Source: Blepharisma stoltei ATCC 30299 (lineage: Eukaryota > Protista > Ciliophora). From it: 64,000 nt of DNA. The position numbers were made by a program, and so were the translations under genes. Shown here piece by piece: positions 12,264 through 26,300 of this stretch (position 1 is its first letter; every line of letters begins with the position of its first letter). The notes below the pieces were generated by a model that saw only the letters and a program-made list of their open reading frames with translations, was not told the DNA's origin and made no database searches. Location of the stretch: NCBI GenBank assembly GCA_965603825.1, contig CBFDEM010000011.1, positions 1,116,001-1,180,000 on the forward strand, written 5' to 3'.

Positions 12264-12725
12264 ATGCCTAAAAAGGGAAATAGTGAAGGCTCAATGAAAT
12301 CCACCAAAGACAAAGCTCAAAAGCAAGTCACCAAGAAAAAAGCCGAACCAGAATCAGACCAAGAAGAAGAAAAGCCCGTAAAGCATGACGGTATCCAGCC
12401 TAAACGAGCTAGATCCGCCTACATCTTCTTCTCAACAGAAAAAAGGCCTGAAATTTCTGAAGAATACAAAGGCAAAGAAGCCATGAAAAAGCTCGGCGCA
12501 ATGTGGAAAGAATGTTCAGACGCTGCCAAGAAGCCCTACATCGCCTTAGCTGAAAAAGACAAAGAACGCTTTGATCGTCAAATGGCCGAATTCGAAAAAA
12601 CCGGGGAATTCCACGACGAAGATGGAAACGTCGTCACAGAGGACAAACCAATGAAAAGAAGAAGCATGAGCGCCAAGGAAAGTGCCGGGACCAAAAGAAA
12701 GGCAGGAGGGAAGAAAAAATGTTAA
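12264..12725 (+). CDS. HMG-box protein (NHP6/HMGB-like)
   Basis: PKRARSAYIFFSTEKRPEI..KKLGAMWKECSDAAKKPYIALAEKDKERF. Confidence 0.92.
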   Translation: MPKKGNSEGSMKSTKDKAQKQVTKKKAEPESDQEEEKPVKHDGIQPKRARSAYIFFSTEKRPEISEEYKGKEAMKKLGAMWKECSDAAKKPYIALAEKDKERFDRQMAEFEKTGEFHDEDGNVVTEDKPMKRRSMSAKESAGTKRKAGGKKKC

Positions 12726-12791
12726 TTAGATAAGGTTTCAATCCATATTTAAAAAATAGCCTCCAACTTTATAATCAGAACTTAATAGAAA

Positions 12792-13509
12792 ATGCAGTCC
12801 ACCACAGTCAAGCTTAACATTACACATAGCAAGCGCAGCATGACAGCTATGGAAATCAGATTTGATACCTCACAAACCATAGCTTCCCTTAAGGTATTTT
12901 TCTAAATAGAACAACTTATCAGTCCGATTTGGGACAGCCGCTGAATATATGATGCTGAAACTTTTCAATGAGAACGGCGAGGTCGTCGCCAATATGAGTG
13001 ATAATGATGCCCAGCTGGGGACTTATAACCCTCATGACTTTTATGTGATCCATATCATTGATTTGGACCCTTCAACTGTGAATATTGACAATCTAGAAGA
13101 AGTCCCGAAGTATCAGATCTCAGATGAGGCATATAATCAGAGAGATGACACCTTTAGGAAGTTTAAGGAGCAACAACAGAAATTGCACCCGGATTTGGTC
13201 AAGCCTAATAAGGCACCTGTGGATGAAGAGTTCCAGAGGGAGTTTATTGACGGGATTCAGGTCGGAAATAGATGCAAGATAAATCCTGGGGATAAAAGAG
13301 GGACTGTCAGGTATGTAGGAAAAATACCAGAGGCACAGCCGGGATATTGGGTGGGAATAGAGCTGGATGAGCCACTTGGGAAAAATGATGGGTGTGTAAA
13401 GGAAACGAGGTATTTCCAGACTGAAAAGAATCATGGAATATTTGTGAGGCCAAATAGTGTAGAAGTCGGGAACTTCAGACCTTATGGAGAAGACCCAGAT
13501 GAACTTTAA
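12792..13509 (+). CDS. TBCB: Tubulin-folding cofactor B (UBL + CAP-Gly)
   Basis: Exon1 MQSTTVKLNITHS..; 16-nt intron 12894-12909 (GTATTTTTCTAAATAG); CAP-Gly GTVRYVG..WVGIELDEPLGKNDG. Confidence 0.93.
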
Positions 13510-13768
13510 ATATTAGGATAAAAGTACTATCTATTAATTAGCATTTATTATTATAAAGATTCATTATTTAAATTCCTAAGCGAGTTTATTAAAATTTATA
13601 GCAAATAGCATTTCGAAATAAAAAAATTTACGATTTTTTTTACTTTTTTACTCAGCTCTTTCACAAATGCAGGCTTTCGGCTATTTTATTCCCAAAACTA
13701 TTGTTTTTAAATTAAAAAGCCGATCCTCATTTATAAATTATGATAATAAACGGATAGTATAATTAATT

Positions 13769-14203
13769 ATGAAGGCTTCATTGTTGATGATTCTTACTCT
13801 TTTTGCATTCTCATCCAGCTTAAGAGTATTCAAGCCTATGTTTTCTCTTTTAGAAAAAGAAAATAACTCTGCAGGAAATCTTGAAGACACTAATGGTACA
13901 AAATTAGCCGTTGGAAGCTTATTTTTAGAGACAAGCTCTGAGCTTTTAGGAAGCAGCGCAGACGGCAGCTCTAAAACTGGCAGTGACTCATTTTTGGAGA
14001 TATCGAGAAAAGATAATTCCTTTTTACAAACTGAATTAACTAAAGGAGGAACACGGGTAGGTGATATGGTAACTAATGGAGGATATAATGGGAATAGTAA
14101 CTCTTTCTTGCAAACAGAAATTGAGCTAACTAAAGGAGGAACACGCTCAGGAGACATAATGTCTGGGGATGGCTTTAAAACTAGCAGCGAAGATTTTTTT
14201 TAA
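13769..14203 (+). CDS. Secreted repetitive precursor protein
   Basis: Signal peptide MKASLLMILTLFAFSSS; repeated SLLE/LFLE/SFLE/SFLQ motifs; duplicated ELTKGGTRxGD. Confidence 0.75.
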   Translation: MKASLLMILTLFAFSSSLRVFKPMFSLLEKENNSAGNLEDTNGTKLAVGSLFLETSSELLGSSADGSSKTGSDSFLEISRKDNSFLQTELTKGGTRVGDMVTNGGYNGNSNSFLQTEIELTKGGTRSGDIMSGDGFKTSSEDFF

Positions 14204-14359
14204 TGAATGAATTTTACTAATTATAAGTTTTATAATAAAATTCTGTATTTTTCTATAGAATTTAATAAAATTAATATTCAGAATCTATTAGCTTAAGATA
14301 AACTTTGCTAAAACTCCATATAAATTTCAATATTTAATTCAAATCATATTTATCTAAAT

Positions 14360-17300
14360 TTATCGGATTTTTTTCTTGACTTTATCCACCATATCATTAA
14401 CGTGCTTCATCGCCTTCATCAGCTGATCAAACTGTGACGTATCAACATTTTCAGCAATTTTTTCTACCCTTCTCACCCTCTGCAAAATCTGGTCTAGCAG
14501 AGACATATCAGATTTTTCTCCATCTTTGCCCATTTCTACTCCAATTCTTAGGTTGCTTTCTACATCTTCTTTAGGCTCCCACAGCTTCAGCTCTACGCCA
14601 CTGTAAGAAATAATTTTCAGCCTTTCTTGTTCTTCTTTGTCTTGTTGCTCAATAAGTTTGAGGTTTTCTTCTTTGTATTTCTGGATCTGCGAGCTGATTT
14701 TTTCTTGGTATTTTTGCTTTCTTTCGTCAAGTTTAGCTTGGAGACGGCTTTTCTGGCGTGTTCGCTCGTCTTCCATTGATTTTTCCCATTCGTCCATTTC
14801 TTTTTGGTGCTGTTTGAGCAATTCTTCCATTTTTTCAGGCGAAATTCCTCTTTCTTTCATGACTTCGACCATCATTCTTTGTCTTTCTTCCATAATTCGA
14901 CGCTGTTCTTGGATTTCTTCAAGTCTTCTTTGCTTTTCTTCGACTTCTTTAAGCTGCTCTTGAATGCTGCTGATTTCGAGTTCTTTTCTTCGTTCGAATT
15001 CTCTAAGCTGTTGGTTTCTAAGGTCTAGTTCTCGTAGTTTTTCTGCATATAAGCGCTCGTTTTCTGACCTCAGTTTGTCGATATCTTTTTCCATATCACT
15101 TAAGTTAGCATTGGCCATTCTTGGGTCGCTTTCACTGATTTTCTTGAAAATTTCAGCATTTTCCTTCATATGAGTGTCAGCCAAATTATTGAATTTTTCT
15201 CTGAACTCATCCTCGACGTCTCGCCAAGCTTGATCTTGTTCTGAATTGAGCTGAGCCATGTTATTAAATTCTAATTGGTTTTGAGCTTCTTTTTCTCGTG
15301 CTTCAAGCTCCTCAATTTTAGCTTGAAGTTCTTCAGGTTTAAGCTTGCGTTTTTTAAGAGCTTCACGTTGGGCTAAGTATTGTGCACGAAGACTGGCACG
15401 CTCAACTGCTTTAATGTTGACAGCCGCTTGGATTAAAGTGTTTTGGCGTTCACGTAGTTTTCCATGCTTAAGAGCCGTAAGTTCACCGATTTCTCTGTCG
15501 TGTTTGGCTTCAAGCAGCTGTCTTGCAAGACCTATAAGTTCTTCTGCAGATATATTTCCTGCATTTTCAAGGATTTCTTCCATTTTTCTCATCTCGATAT
15601 TGCTTCTTGCATCTCTTTCAGCTTCTTTTTGTTGCATTTCTACGTCAAATCGTTCTCGATCTTGCTTTACTTTAATTTGGGCTTCTTTTTCAGCTTTCCT
15701 TCTCTTTCTATCAAGGAGCCTTTGTTTGAGGTCGGTTTCTTGCTTTCCTTTTTGAATACCAATAGCTTCATCGAGCCTATCAATTTCTTTCAATATTTGG
15801 TCTTTTTCAGTCTGGCTGCTTGCGTTTTCTAAGGCTTTAATAAGTCTTTCTTTTTCTTCGGACTGTGCAGCTTCTTCTTGGTCTAAGATATTATCAATTT
15901 GTAAGAGTTCTTGCTGATGGGCCTCTTGAAGTCTTACTAGTTCTTGGTCATATTCTTCTCCAACGTCTTCTATTTCTCTCTTTTCATCTTCATTAAGCAA
16001 TATTTCTCCATTTCCTTCAGCAAAAGCCAGCAGAGTATTTCTTTCAAGCTGGGCTAGTTCTTCTTGATGCCTTTCCTCCATGTCTTTTTTCTTCTCTTCA
16101 TGGTTTGCGTTAACTTTTCCCAATCTTCCTTTTCTTCTTTCCTCTAGCCTTTTGAATAAATCGGCTTCTTGTTGTTTCTTATGAGCAGTCAGCTGGTCTT
16201 CAATTCTTTTTGCTTCAATTTCAAAGTTCTTCATAAGTGCATCTGTTTCCTGCTGATTTTTAGAGTTTGCTAAATCGTTTTGCAGCTGCGTTCGGATTTC
16301 TAACAGTCTCTGCTCTACTTCTTTTCTGGTCTCTTTTTTGTAGTTTTCTTTCTCATTTAAGTAGTCTTCATTAATATTTTCAACTTCATCTTTAAGCTCT
16401 TTTTCTATTGCTTCTCTCTCTTCCTTTTGTCTAGCAATTATTTCAGCTTTTTTAGGCTCGTAGTAGGCTTTTTCTCTTTGAGCTGCTCTTCGCTTTGCTG
16501 CTCTTTCTTGAAGACGCTTATTGAGTTCTGATTGAGAATTTTGTATATCAGCATTAAGGAGTTGGTCCAATCTTTGCATATTAGCATTCAGCTCACCAAT
16601 CAGCTCTTGTTTATCATGTTCCATTAAATCTGGGTTATTTTGGATATCTTTGCTCAAAATTTCAGTATTTTTTACTTCTATCAGAGTCTCTTTTCTGAGA
16701 ATTTCAGCTACAGCATCATTATAAGTCGTTGGAATTTCTTCATCAATTATGGCTTCTGGGAGCACAATTTCTTCATCTTCATCGAATTCTGCCTCCACAA
16801 TTTTTTGTTTCAATATCTCTGGATCAATATCCGCCAATTTATCTGCAAGCTGGTCCTTCAGTTCTCTCGCTTGCTCCAACAGCTCATTCAACCCTATAGT
16901 AGCTTCTTCATCCTGGGCATCAAAAGCTGCCTTAACTCTATCATAATACTTGCACAAGTTGTCATACATATCTTTAAACTGTGACGGCTCCAACAATTCT
17001 TTATCAAAATCAATACCATCTTCTATAGACTCCTCAAATGCAGGGACAACTGGGACTAAATTTGACTTAAACCTGCATTTCTTGCAGCAGCTTCTCAACA
17101 TCGCGTATAATCTTTCTTTAGAGTTCACAGACGCCCATGCTCTCCAGTGCAAAAATGATAAAAATCCTATGATAAGAATAATCAAAATAATCAGCGCAAC
17201 AATAATGCCTGCAATAATTCCCCACTGTGGCTCAGTCATAAGGTTATCAGCTGCATATATATTTAAAGCGTCCAAATTTAAAGAAGTTCTAGCTAAAAAT

Positions 17301-20300
17301 GTGACGTCTTGGCTTGGGCAGCTTTCACTGTCCCCAACCACAGCAATAATTATATGTTTATCAGAGTCTGCATTGTCTACAAAATCATAAATTCCAGCAT
17401 CGGTAAAGGTAAAGGCAAAAGTGTCGACGTAACTTGAGGAAGATTTCATTCTCCATTCCAGTTCTTTGAAGGCCGCATAGTCAAAGTTTTTATTTGTGTT
17501 TAATAAGGAGTCTTTAAGGTAGACTGGGTAGTGAGAACGAGGGGTCAAGGAGAATAAGAAGGTGTCGTTTCGCTTTATGCAGGCAATTGGGTTGGAAAGA
17601 CCTTCAGAAGAAGCGGCAAGGAAACGAGATTCGTCGTCAGTAAGAAGACGACGGTAGTAGGTGGAAAGGGAAGAGCCAGTGCCGTAGACTCCTTGAGGAC
17701 CGTCTGAAGTCATGTCTACTGTATGGACTTTGGAAGAATCTGAGACTGAGGTAGCTCCAAGATAGTTGGAGCCTGTCATGGAGACTGGTCGAGACGATCC
17801 ACTTGAAGGGTTGTAGATGTAAAATTGGCCATCAGATTTAAGGGTAACGCTGGCTGATGTGCTTCTACAAGTAGAATTGCAGACGTCTTCTTCACTAGGA
17901 GTATCATCACATATGCAGACACTATAAGTAGAATCTAAGTTCCCAGATCCTCCATTGCATTCGCTTTCACAGCTTCCTGAGCTTTTACAAGACCCATCAG
18001 CTTTTCTCACCTGTCCTGATATACAATTGGTATACTGTTTTGGTGTGCAGTCTTCAGCTGAATCTACTTCACTTTCAGTTACCCCTTCAATTACAAACTC
18101 ATAAGTCGGCAAACATATGCAGCTTCCATCATATTTCTGATATCCACGGTATTTCCCTTTACATTGGCAAGTATCCTGTCCTGCGTCAGAATAAGCATGT
18201 GACCCACAGATTTTGCATTTACTCAGTCCTTCTTCGTCACCATAAGTATTTGCTGGGCACGCCAGACAGGCTGAAGCACTTTTTCCTTTGGTGGATGGGT
18301 TATAGGTCGTAATTGGGCATGGTATAGCTGATTCTGTGCCCTCAGGGCAATAATACCCGCTTGGACAAGGGTATCCGCCATCATTACTTAGTGTCTGAGG
18401 ATTTGAACGTGTAGCGCCAGCCACACAAAGATACCCAGCATCACAAGGGTAGCATTTTTCTGACGACGTCCCATTCGCATATAGTCCTGCTCCACATTCA
18501 ATACATACATTATCTGCCATATAAGTCCCAGGCTCACATGTTTCTGGGTAAAAGTTAGCTAATTGGCAGATAGTTCCAGTAGGGCATTCAATAGCTTCGT
18601 CTTCAGTGTAATATTTAGTAAGGTTTGTGCTATCATATAATGGACAATAATAATGCACAGGGCATTTTGTAGGGGTTTCTGTAAGGTCATTGCAGATATA
18701 GCCAGGAGTACATGGGATAGGAGCTGATGAGCCTAATGGACAATAAGTGCCAATAGTACAGGCCACTGGAGAGGTGGTAGCTTCTTCACAGTAATAGCCT
18801 CCAGGACAAGCCGGACAATCACTAGCAGAACCTGCTACACTTGAGCTGCCTACAGTGCCTGGAGGACAAGGAATATAAGATGTAGCTCCTAATACACAGA
18901 AGTAGCCTTTTTTACAAGGATATTGAGTATAATCGCCGATTCCTGTGTCATCACAATAATAACCAGCTGGACAGGGCTTGCAAGCGTTAATATCACTCAT
19001 GGATTTGCTGCCATTATACGTATATTTAGGACAAGGTGTTGGAGAATTGACACCAGAAGGACAGTAATTCCCTTTAGGACAGTCAAAAGGTGTAGGGTTT
19101 CCTGTAACACAGTAGCTTCCAGGTGGACAAGTAGTACAGTCAGAAACCTGGGTAGCTCCTGTATCTTTTCTGAATTTTCCTTCAGGACATTTAGTCGGTG
19201 TAGTTGTTCCTAATCCACAATAATAGCCAGATGGGCATGGAGTACCTGTTAAATAATATACAGAAGGAGTGGAATAAGGACTAGACTTTTTACACCAAAA
19301 CCCAGGGGCACATTGTCCTGAAATTCTTCCATCTACACAGTATTGTCCAGATGGGCACACACTGCATTCTGTATCCGCGGTAAGACCTTCACTATCTTTA
19401 TTATAGGAGCCTGAAGGACAAATAAGCCCATACCCAGTTCCTTCAGGACAATATTTGTATTGTGGGCATAAGCTATTGGCATTTGTAGCAGCGTTGTTGC
19501 ATTCTCGTCCAGCAGGGCAAGTATTGCATGTCTCTAAGTTTGTGACATCAGCATAGGTGCCTGGGCCGCATGGGTATTCATTGCTATAGCGGGTTCCGAC
19601 AGGACAATGATAGCCAGTAGGGCAGTTTGTTTGGATTGCAGTAGAGCCTGTACAGTAGTAACCACTACCACACTGTGTGCAGGATGATTGCTGAGTTTGA
19701 GTATTATAATAACCCATTGCACAAGGTATTGGAACCCAGCTGCCTGCTTCACAATAGTAGCCTGTAGGACATTCGCCTTCTGGAGGAGTAGGAGTGGCTT
19801 TTCCAGGGTCACAATAGTAGCCAGCAGTACAGTCTCCAGTAGGCGAGCTTAGACCTTGAGAATTACAATATTTGCCATAAGGACAGTCAAGACACTGAGT
19901 ATAGTCACTTAAGCCTTCTGAAGGACTATAAGTTCCAGCTGAGCAAGGAGTTACTGCAGAACTTTCTGTAGGACAATAATTCCCTTGAGAACAGATATTT
20001 CCTTGAGTTCCATCTGTCGGGTTTGCAACTGTAGATCCTGCCAAACAATAGTAGCCAGCTAAGCATGATCCTGATTGGGCTGGTAGCGCATATCCTGCAC
20101 AGTAAAGTCCAGCTTCGCATTTAGTAGCTGCACTGCTCCCTTCAGGACAATAATAGCCAGGGCTGCACATTCCACCTGTAGAGTCACTTCCTGAGGGCTT
20201 ATCCGTAAAAGCTCCACCAATGCAATAATACCCTTCAGCACACACACTTTGATAAAGCGCAGCTCCAAGGGTGGGGCAGTATTTTCCAGGGTCACAAGAC

Positions 20301-23300
20301 ACGCAAGCAGTGGAATCGCTTTGGCCAATCAAGCTATTATAAGTTCCAACTGGGCAAGGATAAGAATGATAGTACCCAGTTCCTGATGGACAATAATATC
20401 CCGTAGGGCACAATGTTTCTGAGCTAGCTCCTAAGTCGCAGTAATACCCTGGGTCACATGTGACACATGAAGACTGTTTGGTATTCATTTGATATTTTCC
20501 AGCAGGACACAAAATCTCATCAGCTGTGCCACCAGGGCAATAATAGCCTCTATCACATTCATAGGTAGGCGTGATGTCTCCTCCAGGACAATAAAAGCCA
20601 GCTGTGCAAGCTTGCCTCATATTTGATGAACTAGTGCTACCGTCACAGAAATAACCAGGGGAGCATGTAATACACTCAGTGTTTGCGGAGGCTCCGGAGT
20701 ATGGCAAATAATTTCCTGCACTGCATTGGACTGGAGAAGCTGATCCTGTGCAGTAATACATAGGTGAACAAATATTTCCGGTAGTACCATCAGTTGGAGC
20801 TGGAGTTGTGGCTTTAGAGTTACAGTAATACCCAGCTTGGCAGCTTCCAGAAACAGCTGACAATTCATCGGCTGAGCAGTATTTGCCAGAGTCACAAGGA
20901 ATGCTTGAAGTTGAACCTTGTGGACAGTAGTAACCAGGATTACAACGGCCTCCATAGGTTTGGCTTTCTTGAGGTCGGGAAGTTGTAGATTTTGAAATGC
21001 AGTAAAAGCCTGGGTCACATTGTCCAGCGACAGCTGAGGCTCCTAGCTGGTTGCAGTAATAGCCTGGAGTGCAGTCGATGCATGCAGCACTGGACTGTTG
21101 GCCTGAGTTAGGGTTGTAAGTGCCAACAGGGCATGGGAATTGCTTAGGATATGAAGTTCCTGATTCGCAATAATAACCTGCAGGGCATACATTTGCAGTG
21201 TAGTCTGATGTGCCTGGCGGACAATAATACCCAGGAGGGCATGTCTGACAACTTGCTTGATTCGTAAGATCTTGGTATGTTCCTGCTGCACAGAGCAAAT
21301 CTACTGCAGATCCTTGTGGGCAATAGCTGCCTTCTGGACATATGCCAGAGCCTGGCTCTCTTGTAGTAGATGACTCAGTGCAATACCATCCTTGTCTACA
21401 TTGAGTGCCCATATATGTTGATAACGCTGTGGTTGTGCATGCATATCCAGCAGGGCAAGGAAGACAATGGGAAGAATCACTTCCTGTAGTGCTTGGATTA
21501 AATGTGCCAGCCAAGCAAGCTGTTTGATCAGAACTTCCTAAGCAATAATACCCAACTGGACATGGGCCGTAATATCCTGGGACATCAGCATAAGGTTGAG
21601 GATATGGAGAACTTGAGGTGCAGTAGTAGCCAGCAGAGCATGAACCTGCTACAGCAGTTTGGCCAGAGTACAAACAGTATTTGTTAGCGTTACAGAGAGT
21701 GCAATCATCAATACTTTGACCTCCTGTTGCTAATCTATACGTTCCTGGAGGGCAAAACTTTCCAATAAATGAGCCTTGCAAACAGTACTTTCCTTCTTCA
21801 CATGGTGTTACAGATGTCAGTGTAGTAGTAGGACAATAATTTCCTGGGTCACATGAAATACAAGAAGACGCTGCTGTACTTGGATTATAAGTTCCAGCTG
21901 CACATGCAATTTGGGCAACACTTCCTGAAGGCGCATAGTACCCTGCTTGAGCAGCATGACTATTAGAAGTTGACTCGCCAGCTGGGCAATAGTATCCAGG
22001 GTCGCACTTTCCTGTTGGCGATGGGCTCAAATCAGTACCTGCACAGTAATATCCTGGCCAACAAGTAACGCAATCGCTAGACGACCTTCCTCCATCAAAA
22101 TTGTTAAAAGTCCCTGCGCTACACTTTTGAGGTGAAGTTGTCCCTGCTGGGCAATACCCTCCTGCAGGACATTTTTTCCCAGTTTGGCCATCATTTGGTG
22201 TAGCAATAGAAGCTCCTCCTGAGCAGTAGAACCCTTCTGTACAGGTATCTGTGGTACCAGTTTGGCCTGGAGATTGACAATAGTGTCCAGCGTCACACGA
22301 AGTGCAGTCTGTAGAAGTAGCCAAGCCTGTATTGGCTCCATAAGTGCCGCTTGGACATTGTAAAGGAGTAATGGTGCCTGATGGGCAGTATGATCCAATA
22401 GTACAAATTGTTGGGGTCGTTGTGGCTGTTGTAGGGCAATAGTAGCCAGGAGTGCATGAGGCACAGTCAGATACAGAAGCTCCGCCAGTTTCCTCTCTAA
22501 ATGTCCCTGCAGGGCAAGCCATAGCTGTAGACGTTGTTGAGCCTTTAGGACAATAATAACCAGCACTACAGAGATAGCCGGAGTAATCAGAGGTTCCAGC
22601 AGAGCTCACATAGTACCCAGCAGGCACTGTTTTGCAGTCTTTGACAGATTTAGCACCTTTAGTGTTTCTATAAGTCCCTGCAGGGCAGTTTGTGCCTGAT
22701 GAGGAGCCTTCAGGGCAGTATTGACCAGCTGGACATCCATTTGAACCCAAAGTAGGATAACTGTTCATGCCTGATGTACATTTAAATCCAGCTGGACAAA
22801 CTGATAAATACATCATAAGCTCTGAAGTAGCTACCTCAGCACAGAAAAATCCTGCCTTGCATGTAATTTGCCCTGATGCCCCTTCATAAGTATAAGAGCC
22901 TTTATCTGCATCAGTACAAGAACTTAAACCTGAAGCACTTGAATATTTTCCTGCAGGGCATCTTTTACAGCTGGGATAAACCCCTGGTCCTCCATCTTGA
23001 GCTCCTAATTCTTCCATATAGGTCCCAGCTGGACATGGTATAGGTGGTGATGACGAAGAAATATACCCAGGGCAAAAGTTTCCAGCAGTACAAAATGTGC
23101 ATTCTCCTTGGTCACTTGCTGCACCTGCATTATAAGTCCCTACTGGGCATATATACTGCTTATCATAAGTAGTGCCTCTTGGACAATAATACCCAGCTGG
23201 ACAAGTGTTTGAAGAATATGATGATGTCCCAGCTGGACAGTAATAGCCAGCAGGACAAATTAAGCACTCATGAACACCTTCTACACGAGTATTTTCGCTA

Positions 23301-26300
23301 TAAGTGCCAGCAGGGCATGGAAATTCTTTAGTAAAATGAGTGCCAATTGGGCAATAATACCCAGCAGCACATACTACTGGAGGGTTATTTACATAGTTCG
23401 TAGCATAGCCACAGGCAAAACCAGGAGGACATTGGTCACATTGGGCTAGACCATAAGCTCCATACATGGTACCGACGGTGCCTGGAGGACATGGGTTTTG
23501 GGTTTTGCGGGTCGAGCCCTCAGGGCAATAATAGCCAATTTCACATTTCATGATAGCTTCTACCATGCCTGCTCCTGGGCATGCATAGCCTGCAGGGCAG
23601 ACCCAGCAGCTGCTTAGAGGGTTTGCTTGGTATGGGCCAATTTTTCCTGGAGAGCAAGGAAGTGGCTGTGCTGAGCCCGAGCCACAGGAAGTCCCTGCTG
23701 GGCATAATAAGCAGTCTTCTATTTTATACTTTCCTGTTAATGGGTTATAAGTGCCTTCTGGGCATGCGGTAGCAGATGTGCTTCCAATCGGGCAAATTCT
23801 CCCTGCAGGACAAATGATAGGATTTCCGGTGCCTTCAGGGCAGTAGTAGCCTTCAGGACATTGTAAACAGTACCCTTCTGAAATAGCTCTAAGTTTTTTA
23901 TAATAAGTACCTTCTGGACAATTTGTGCCAGTAGATACCCCTGCTTCACAATATTTCCCTTGAGGGCAAGGGGAGTTTTCATAGTTTCCTGTGCCAGCAA
24001 TGCATTCATATCCTAATGGACAGTCAAAACAAAAAGTACTGTCATAAGCTCTGACAACAGCATTAAATTTTCCATCGCCGCATTTTGTCATTGTAGAAGA
24101 CCCATCACAGTAGTTGCCTGGCCAACATTCGAATCCAATCATATCAGGTCTATCTGCATTATCTGGCAGCCAGAAGCCTATAAATGCTGGACTTATAGTA
24201 TCTGAGCCAATATAAGAGTATTTGTTGGAAGTAGCATAATTGCCAGCGCCATCTTCTCCTCCTGGTATTGGATAGCACCATCCCCATCCTGATGAACAAA
24301 TAATATTGTCTTTCCAAGCATCATAAGATTTCACATAATCATCAACGTCTGTAGATGTTACAACGCTGCTTCCACTTGTCGTCAAACCTGGATAACCTGC
24401 TAAGGTAGTAGTTGACTTGCAATATGCTGAGCCTTCAACTGAGTCATAATCTGTTGCACAAGCTTTTGGCCTAGCGCTTGATCCAGTGCCTTCGCTGGCA
24501 GAACAATAATAGTGAGCAGGACATAGCTTACACACACTTTCTCCTGAAGCTCTGTATGTCCCTTCTGGGCAAATTCTTGTAGGTCCTTGGAATGGGTCGC
24601 ATTCCATATTGTCAGGACAAGTCGCACAACTAGCCATCCCAGCTAAAGAATAAGTCCCTGCGCTGCATGATGTATAGGTAACAGGGTTTCCGCTACAAGA
24701 AACACCAGCAGGACAAGGCACACATATATCAGGAGATCCTACTATTATATAGCCGCTCGGACATGCAACTGTAAAAGAGACTTCAGGGCCTGGAGCCATC
24801 TCACCAGAAGTAGGTGAACTGCAAGTACCTGAGCCTGGATCTGAGTACTGTCCTTGGACGCATCGCTGAATTTCATAGCCGCTTTGATTTGGGCATGAAA
24901 ACCCACCAGGACAAGCAAGACAAAATGAGTAATATTCATATGAGTAAGTCCCAGAGGCACAGCTTTGTGCAGTTTGAGTAGGATCTGCACAATATTGTCC
25001 TGCCTGGCAAGCTGTGCAGACCATATCATCTTGAGCTGAATAAGTGCCAGGAGGACATGGGACTGGTGTAGACCCCATACAATTGAACCCAGCTGGGCAT
25101 GTGCATTTCGGCCCATTTGGCCACGCATAAGGTGCATTTATACATATATTTGCCACAGAGACTACTATAGTAACACTGCTATATCCTCCACTAGAATCAG
25201 ATAAAGTAACAGTTACTGCTGTGTAAGGTGTGCTTCCCATCGAGCCAGCTGCAGCATATATAGTGGCCTGTTTAAATAATTTATAATCAGACGTCGTAAA
25301 GCTTAATGAAGAGGTCGTCAACGATAAATTTGTTGTATCTGAAGATGATATAGTCACAGTTACTGTTGACGATGGTTGTGAGGATAGTCATACATCAAAA
25401 GTCGCATATTGCTTACTTTGAACCAAAATAGCTAAGTTGCTCACTTTTATAGTAGGAGTACTTGCTGGAAGAATAACTGCTGTGGTGGTTTTATCTGAAG
25501 GATAAAATATTGCACTATTAAAATTTGAATCTGACGTAGAGACTGTATATGTAATAGTAGTGGTCTGATAAGGAGATGATGCACTTGAAGGGCCCGTTAT
25601 TAAAATCCTCTGTGTGCTCCAGCTTGATGACGTAAAAGTCACTTGGCTTGAGCTCAGTGTTATATATGAGTTACTTAATGTCATCGAAACTACTACATCT
25701 GACGATGGCGCAGCTCCAATTGAAATATAGAGCTGAGTGCTGTCTTTAGCTTGGAGGCCTACAGAAGAGTCTGCTTGAATATAATATTTAGTGCTCCCAT
25801 ATATTGGCACTGAAATTGAGCCTGAAGAAGCAGTTAAGCAAGTTTGGAAATTAGCAACACCGTTGTATGTGGAATCTGATGAAGAAATTGAGTGGATCAC
25901 ACCGATGTTGACAGGATAAGAAGTTGAAGCAAGCATCCCAGTATTGAAGTAAACTTTTTGAGCTGTGGCGTAGTTTGAATCTGTAAATGTAAGGGTAGTT
26001 GTAGTGATTTCTAAGGATGAGGAGTCTTTTGAGCTGATAGAGACGATCACATCGTATAGTGGTTTATCAGTTAAATATATCTGGTAATATTGGTTATAAG
26101 TCCCTTCAAAAATCGCATCATTCAAATTTATAGCAAGCTCTCCATTAGAATATGACGTCGCTGTAAAAGTTGTCGCAAATGCTGAATATCCTGAACAAAG
26201 AGCTTCGACTTCAACTGAGCCAGTTCCAGTATAAATTACATTGGAAAACGACAGACTGCCCAGATTAAGTGTTGCACTCCCGCCACTGCTTATTTGCCCA

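Noticed and set aside
12792-13509. TBCB and the 1342-2253 UBL-domain gene as part of the UBL system
   Set aside because: Integral UBL domains without a terminal di-Gly, located 29-40 kb from the cluster
14637-25137. Many antisense or alternate-frame ORFs over the giant gene, the EF-hand gene and the E1s
   Set aside because: Shadow ORFs of repetitive or biased coding sequence, with no motifs
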